Shown one piece after another: positions 59,453-64,000 of a stretch of DNA of 64,000 nucleotides (within the stretch, counting starts at the first letter, position 1; the number at the start of each line of letters is the position of its first letter). The stretch covers positions 32,001 through 96,000 of the forward strand of contig JAVYPJ010000002.1 of NCBI GenBank assembly GCA_038733315.1, read 5' to 3'. The notes beneath the pieces are model-generated. The model did no database searches, had not been told where the DNA came from, and was given only the letters and a program-made list of their open reading frames with translations. Source of the DNA: Candidatus Aenigmatarchaeota archaeon. GTDB taxonomy: Archaea > Aenigmatarchaeota > Aenigmatarchaeia > CG10238-14 > SpSt-28. A program made the position numbers and the translations under genes.

Positions 59453-60484
59453 CTATAATTTAAGTTTTGCGATAAATTTACTACCTTTTATTCCTTTTAC
59501 TCTTTTAATTTCTATTAATCCTTTTTTAGCTAAATCTTCCATCAAATAGTTAAAAGTTCTTTTTTTAATTCCAAATTTTTTGCTTATCTCTTCAAAAATT
59601 TCCGATGTATACTTTTCACCGCTTTTTAAAATTTCTAATATTTCTTTTTGCCTTTCATCTATTTTTACTTCATTTATTTTTTCTATTTTACTTTCAAAGT
59701 TTTTAACAACTTTTTTTACAATTTCAAGAGAAAGTTTGTCTTTATTTTCATCAATAATAATTTCTAAAGCTTTTCTAATAATCCTTAAAATTACTCTAAC
59801 ATCACTTCCATTATTATATGCTAAATTCGCTATTAATGTTATAGCAGCCTTATCGTAGTTATTCTTAAATATTGGTTTAATTCTCTCTTCCGCAATAATT
59901 TTTAATTGCTCGAATGTATATGGCTTAAATTCTAAATCGTCGAAAACAAAAGAGCTTAGAACTCTTTTATCCAATTGCAATATAAAATCTTTTGAATTTG
60001 AGATTAAGATTAAATATGGAGAATAATCAAAAAATGATGTAGATCTAGAAAAAGTATACAAAAATTCGTTTAAATCTTTTAGTTTATCTATCTCATCTAT
60101 ACAAATTACTAATTTTATGTTATTATTTTTTGAATGTGTCATTATTTTTTCTAATATTTCCTCGTTTGATAATCCTTTAAATGTAATACCGATTTTTAAC
60201 TCTTCCGCAATTTTTATTAGTAATGAATTAAGGCTATTGTGAATGAAAGAATTAATATATACGTATTTTATTCTATGCGGTTGAAAATTTTTAAATACAT
60301 ATTTTACGCACGCAGTTTTTCCTAAACCACTACCTCCAAATATTAATAAGTTTGTAGGCCTTAAATTTTTCGCATATTTTTCTATCTTTTCCTTAATAAC
60401 TATTATTTGATTATCTCTAAACGGCAACCTTTCTGGAATATAGCTTTCATCAAGAAAAGTAAATAAATCCTCTACGAACTGCAT
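59453..60484 (-). CDS. cdc6: Orc1/Cdc6 family AAA+ replication initiator
   Basis: YIPERLPFRD, GGSGLGKT, IDEID, LDKRVLSS, FKPYT, C-terminal wHTH. Confidence 0.88.
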   Translation of the reverse strand: MQFVEDLFTFLDESYIPERLPFRDNQIIVIKEKIEKYAKNLRPTNLLIFGGSGLGKTACVKYVFKNFQPHRIKYVYINSFIHNSLNSLLIKIAEELKIGITFKGLSNEEILEKIMTHSKNNNIKLVICIDEIDKLKDLNEFLYTFSRSTSFFDYSPYLILISNSKDFILQLDKRVLSSFVFDDLEFKPYTFEQLKIIAEERIKPIFKNNYDKAAITLIANLAYNNGSDVRVILRIIRKALEIIIDENKDKLSLEIVKKVVKNFESKIEKINEVKIDERQKEILEILKSGEKYTSEIFEEISKKFGIKKRTFNYLMEDLAKKGLIEIKRVKGIKGSKFIAKLKL

Positions 60485-60490
60485 ATTTTT

Positions 60491-61621
60491 CTATCTAGTT
60501 ATTTTTATTTCTTTCATTTCCTCTAAATATTTCTTTCCCGGGCCTTCTAAAAAATACTTTCTTGCTGGGGATAATATTTCAATTAAATAATTTGCTACAG
60601 AATTCTTTAAGTCTAGAGGATGAATTTTTCCTTCTATATAATCTTTTTCCAAATCTTTAAAATTATTATAACATCTCTTCTCTTTTGTTTTAATGTTTAT
60701 TACTTCAAAAATTTTTTCAGCCCTCTCTAAATAAGGCCATATAATATATTTTAAAAGGTCAAATATAGGATTAAGCTCTATTTCTCTAAGCGGACAATAC
60801 GCTTCTCTTATTTTTCTTTTAATCTCTTCTTCTGTATCGTGAATAAATATGGCACTATTCGGCTTAGATTTAGACATCTTTATCTCTATTATTCCCTCTT
60901 CAAAAAGCTCTCTATTTCCTATTCTTTTAGCTTCAAGAATTTTTCTTCTTTGCTCTTCAGTTATGTGCATACCCATTAAGAGATGATGATGAATAGCAAT
61001 AGGTTTATATCCAAATTCTTTACATACCTCTAAAGCTATAACATGAGCTTTACGTTGATCCATACCTCCATGTGGAAGGTTTACTTTTAATCCGAATATA
61101 TCAGCAACTTGCATAGGAACATATAATAATTGTGCAAAATCTACATTTTCACCCTCTCTTCTTCCCATTATAGTAACACTTCTTTTAACTCTTGACAAAC
61201 TTAAGTTCATTGAAACTTTGATTAAATCGTCGAAATATTCTAATCCAAGCTTTTCATACAGTTCAGAACCCATAATAAAATTACATTTATTCGCATCTCC
61301 TCCAACACTCTGTAGAGACAATTTGAGAGCTTCTTTGAAATAGCCTCCAGCGACTTTTCTAATAGTATCTAAATCTCCCCCAAGCTTTTTATTTATAAAA
61401 GAATGATAATCAGCTAAAAATATGTTTGTTTCTATTCCAGCTTGTTGAAAATCGGCAACTTTTTGCATACATAATAAACCAGTTCCTAAGTGAACATATC
61501 CCGAAATTTCATAACCAATATAATGCTTTAATTTTACACCATTTTCAATATATTCTTTTAACCTTTCTTCAGTTAAAATTTCTTCAGTCGGAATTTTCTT
61601 TATTAATTCTAATCTTTCCAT
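60491..61621 (-). CDS. tyrS: Tyrosine--tRNA ligase (subtype with HYIGYEISG)
   Basis: [44 protein letters not shown]. Confidence 0.93.
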   Translation of the reverse strand: MERLELIKKIPTEEILTEERLKEYIENGVKLKHYIGYEISGYVHLGTGLLCMQKVADFQQAGIETNIFLADYHSFINKKLGGDLDTIRKVAGGYFKEALKLSLQSVGGDANKCNFIMGSELYEKLGLEYFDDLIKVSMNLSLSRVKRSVTIMGRREGENVDFAQLLYVPMQVADIFGLKVNLPHGGMDQRKAHVIALEVCKEFGYKPIAIHHHLLMGMHITEEQRRKILEAKRIGNRELFEEGIIEIKMSKSKPNSAIFIHDTEEEIKRKIREAYCPLREIELNPIFDLLKYIIWPYLERAEKIFEVINIKTKEKRCYNNFKDLEKDYIEGKIHPLDLKNSVANYLIEILSPARKYFLEGPGKKYLEEMKEIKITR

Positions 61622-61690
61622 AAATATTTTTTATATTTTCAGATTAATGACAGCCTATGCATTTAAATTTTTTTCTAGTAAGCTAATTTT

Positions 61691-62791
61691 ATGGATGTTG
61701 AAGAAAGATTAAGATTAATTAAACTACCACCAACTGAAGAAATTATTACAGAAGAAGAGTTAAGAGAGCTCTTACAAACTAAGCAAAGAATAGTTGCGTA
61801 TGATGGCTTTGAACCTAGTGGTTTAATGCATTTAGGAACTGGGGTGCTAAGAACTATAAAGACTAACGATTTTATAGATGCGAAAATAGATTTTATAATC
61901 TATATAGCTGATTGGTTTGCTTATATAAATAACAAACTTGGTGGAGATATAGAGATGATAAGGAAAGCTGGAGAATATTTTATAGAAGGTTGGAAAGCTT
62001 GTGGGATGAAGGTTGATAAAGTAGAGTTTGTTTGGTGTAGCGAGTTAATTAAGGATTCCGAATATTGGGAAACTTTTTTAAAAATTTCAAAAACAATAAC
62101 CATTAATAGAGTAAAAAGAGCCGTTACTGTTGCTGGAAGAGAGAGTGTAGAGGTAAAAACGCCATCTATTCTTATCTATCCTTTAATGCAAACCACAGAC
62201 ATTTTCATGCTTAATAATAAAGAAGGTGTAGATATTTGCCAGTTAGGTATAGACCAAAGAAAAGTTAATATGCTTGCTAGAGAAATAGCTGAAATACTTG
62301 GAAGGAAAAAGCCAGTAGCTGTTCATCATCATTTACTTTCTGGATTACAATCTGTAGAAAAAATGGGTAAGTTCGACGAAAATGAAAAGATAAATCAAGA
62401 AATAAGTTTAAAAATGAGTAAAAGTAAACCAGAAACAGCTATTTTTATTCACGATAGTTATGAAGATATAAAAAGAAAGATTTTGAATGCTTTTTGCCCG
62501 CCAAAACAAGTAGAATTAAATCCAGTATTAGAAATCTGTAGATATATAATATTTAGGAAATTTGATAGAATGGTTATAAAAAGGGAAGAAAAATATGGCG
62601 GTAATTTAGAGGTTCTTAGCTACGAAGAGCTTGAAAAAAACTATTTAGAAGGAAAAATACATCCCCTAGACTTAAAGAATTCTGTAGCAGAATATCTAAA
62701 CGAGATTTTAGAACCTATAAGGAATTACTTTGAGAAAGGTAAACAAAGAGAGCTTTACGAAATAATAAAAAACGCTACAAAAACTAGGTAA
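61691..62791 (+). CDS. tyrS: Tyrosine--tRNA ligase (subtype with AYDGFEPSG)
   Basis: AYDGFEPSGLMHLGTG, YPLMQTTDIF, QLGIDQRKVNMLARE, KMSKS, HPLDLK. Confidence 0.93.
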   Translation: MDVEERLRLIKLPPTEEIITEEELRELLQTKQRIVAYDGFEPSGLMHLGTGVLRTIKTNDFIDAKIDFIIYIADWFAYINNKLGGDIEMIRKAGEYFIEGWKACGMKVDKVEFVWCSELIKDSEYWETFLKISKTITINRVKRAVTVAGRESVEVKTPSILIYPLMQTTDIFMLNNKEGVDICQLGIDQRKVNMLAREIAEILGRKKPVAVHHHLLSGLQSVEKMGKFDENEKINQEISLKMSKSKPETAIFIHDSYEDIKRKILNAFCPPKQVELNPVLEICRYIIFRKFDRMVIKREEKYGGNLEVLSYEELEKNYLEGKIHPLDLKNSVAEYLNEILEPIRNYFEKGKQRELYEIIKNATKTR

Positions 62792-62838
62792 TTGTTACCA
62801 CCAAAAAGTATTTATATTTTATTTACTCCATATATTAT

Positions 62839-63201
62839 ATGTTAGGAGGAAAGAAACCTTGTGAAAAAGTAAAGGACTGGAAGGAGCTTTTAGACGAAAA
62901 TACAAAACAAACTTTAAAAGAAATGCTACAGAAAACTCAGCTATATATACCAGCAGTATGCGCAGCAGACGATGCAAGAACAGCTCAGTTGTGGATTGCC
63001 TTAGCTATTCTGAAAAAAGAGATTGAAGAAAAACTAAGGCTTTTAGAGATAGCTACAGAGCCTTGGAAAGCAATAATAGAGGTAGGAAATGTAGAAAAGA
63101 AAAAGACGATAGAAAAAATATTAATAGATATAATTCAACCAAAGGATAAGGAGCAAAAAGAGGTTATAGATAAACTAGTGAACTCCTTAATGAAATTCTA
63201 A
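62839..63201 (+). CDS. Hypothetical helical protein
   Basis: 120 aa ORF, AQLWIAL motif. Confidence 0.6.
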   Translation: MLGGKKPCEKVKDWKELLDENTKQTLKEMLQKTQLYIPAVCAADDARTAQLWIALAILKKEIEEKLRLLEIATEPWKAIIEVGNVEKKKTIEKILIDIIQPKDKEQKEVIDKLVNSLMKF

Positions 63202-63216
63202 ACTTCCATTTTTTAA

Positions 63217-63479
63217 TTTTTTTGCTTCAAAGTATTAACCAAACAATATAAAATTATCTCAAATATTTTATTTTTATGAGTTTTAGAAATAAAAATTCGA
63301 GTTTAAAAAAATTAATTTCTGCATATGTAGCTACAGTTATTTTAGTTGCTTTAACAATAGGAATTGGAGTTACATTATATCTTTATTTTTCTGGCTACGT
63401 TTCTTATTTAGAGACAAAAACTGAAGAAACCTCTCCAATAAAATCAATTATAGAATGTTCAAAAGCAAGAATAGATTTT
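63217..63479 (+). repeat. Direct repeat copy 2 of 9516-9795
   Basis: Near-identical upstream region and first 68 codons. Confidence 0.9.
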
Positions 63480-64000
63480 AATGCTAATAAAAATTTTAAA
63501 TATAGAATTCCTATAATAATAAATAATACTCAGAATTCAGAGAATTTAGAAGATTATCAAGTTTTAGTAACAATAAATACTCAAAACTTAATTTCTCAAG
63601 GCAAAATGAGAAGTGATTGTGGAGATATAAGATTTACTGATAGTGATGGAAGTACTTTATTAAATTATTGGATTGAAAGTGGTTGCAATACAACTAATAC
63701 AAAAATTTGGGTAAAAGTACCAAATATTCCTGCTAATTCAAATAAAATAATTTATTTGTATTATGGAAATCCGAGTGCGACAAGTATAGGTAGTGGAGTC
63801 TCTACTTTTTTAGCGTTTGATTGGAAATTCGATGGACTGATAGGAGGAAGAACGTCAGCAGGAAGTTATCACACCTGCGCATTACTTTCTAACGGTACAG
63901 TAAGATGTTGGGGTTGGAACGATAATGGCCAATTAGGCGATGGAACAACAAAGAGCAGATACACCCCAGTCACTGTAGTCAATCTAAATGATGCAGTAGC
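63276..64000 (+). CDS. Pilin-scaffold surface protein with DUF2341 then RCC1-like repeats (runs off window end; absent from the ORF track)
   Basis: [24 protein letters not shown]...[10 protein letters not shown]...IYLYYGNP...[30 protein letters not shown]. Confidence 0.88.
   Translation, partial: MSFRNKNSSLKKLISAYVATVILVALTIGIGVTLYLYFSGYVSYLETKTEETSPIKSIIECSKARIDFNANKNFKYRIPIIINNTQNSENLEDYQVLVTINTQNLISQGKMRSDCGDIRFTDSDGSTLLNYWIESGCNTTNTKIWVKVPNIPANSNKIIYLYYGNPSATSIGSGVSTFLAFDWKFDGLIGGRTSAGSYHTCALLSNGTVRCWGWNDNGQLGDGTTKSRYTPVTVVNLNDAV

Noticed and set aside
359..62103. Numerous antisense ORFs rich in F/S/I/L (e.g. 359-643, 15546-15998, 24930-25406, 35264-35929, 58310-58687)
   Set aside because: Shadow frames of E/K-rich genes on the opposite strand
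60491..62791. Stop-codon reassignment as the reason for two TyrRS
   Set aside because: TAG, TGA and TAA all appear as ordinary gene ends here (e.g. lysS TAG, stomatin TGA); no suppressor tRNA seen

Overview
A very AT-rich, gene-dense archaeal chromosome segment. A fused PriS-PriL primase, a three-unit (epsilon2-like) tRNA splicing endonuclease, dispersed ribosomal protein genes and many small pilin-like ORFs point to a DPANN (Nanobdellati) archaeon; Aenigmarchaeota-like is my inference. The window holds mostly housekeeping genes (translation, five aminoacyl-tRNA synthetase genes including two head-to-head TyrRS of different subtypes, nucleotide metabolism, ftsZ, cdc6/orc1), three tRNAs (Arg-CCT, intron-containing Tyr-GTA, Lys-CTT) and two unannotated tandem C/D-box sRNAs. 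Accessory highlights: (i) a ~1.1 kb non-coding locus (38.2-39.36 kb) with two distinct repeat families, an 18-bp inverted repeat around an AT-rich core, and adjacent HTH genes, one of which carries the repeat inside its own coding sequence - a candidate non-canonical replication origin or partition system; (ii) a family of pilin-scaffold adhesins with nested, apparently swappable DUF2341/lectin/RCC1 cassettes; (iii) a type IV pilus/Tad-like locus with about 14 pilin-like genes; (iv) a three-gene candidate donor-strand surface filament operon; (v) two frame-disrupted genes. All assignments come from motif recognition by eye; no database search was run.
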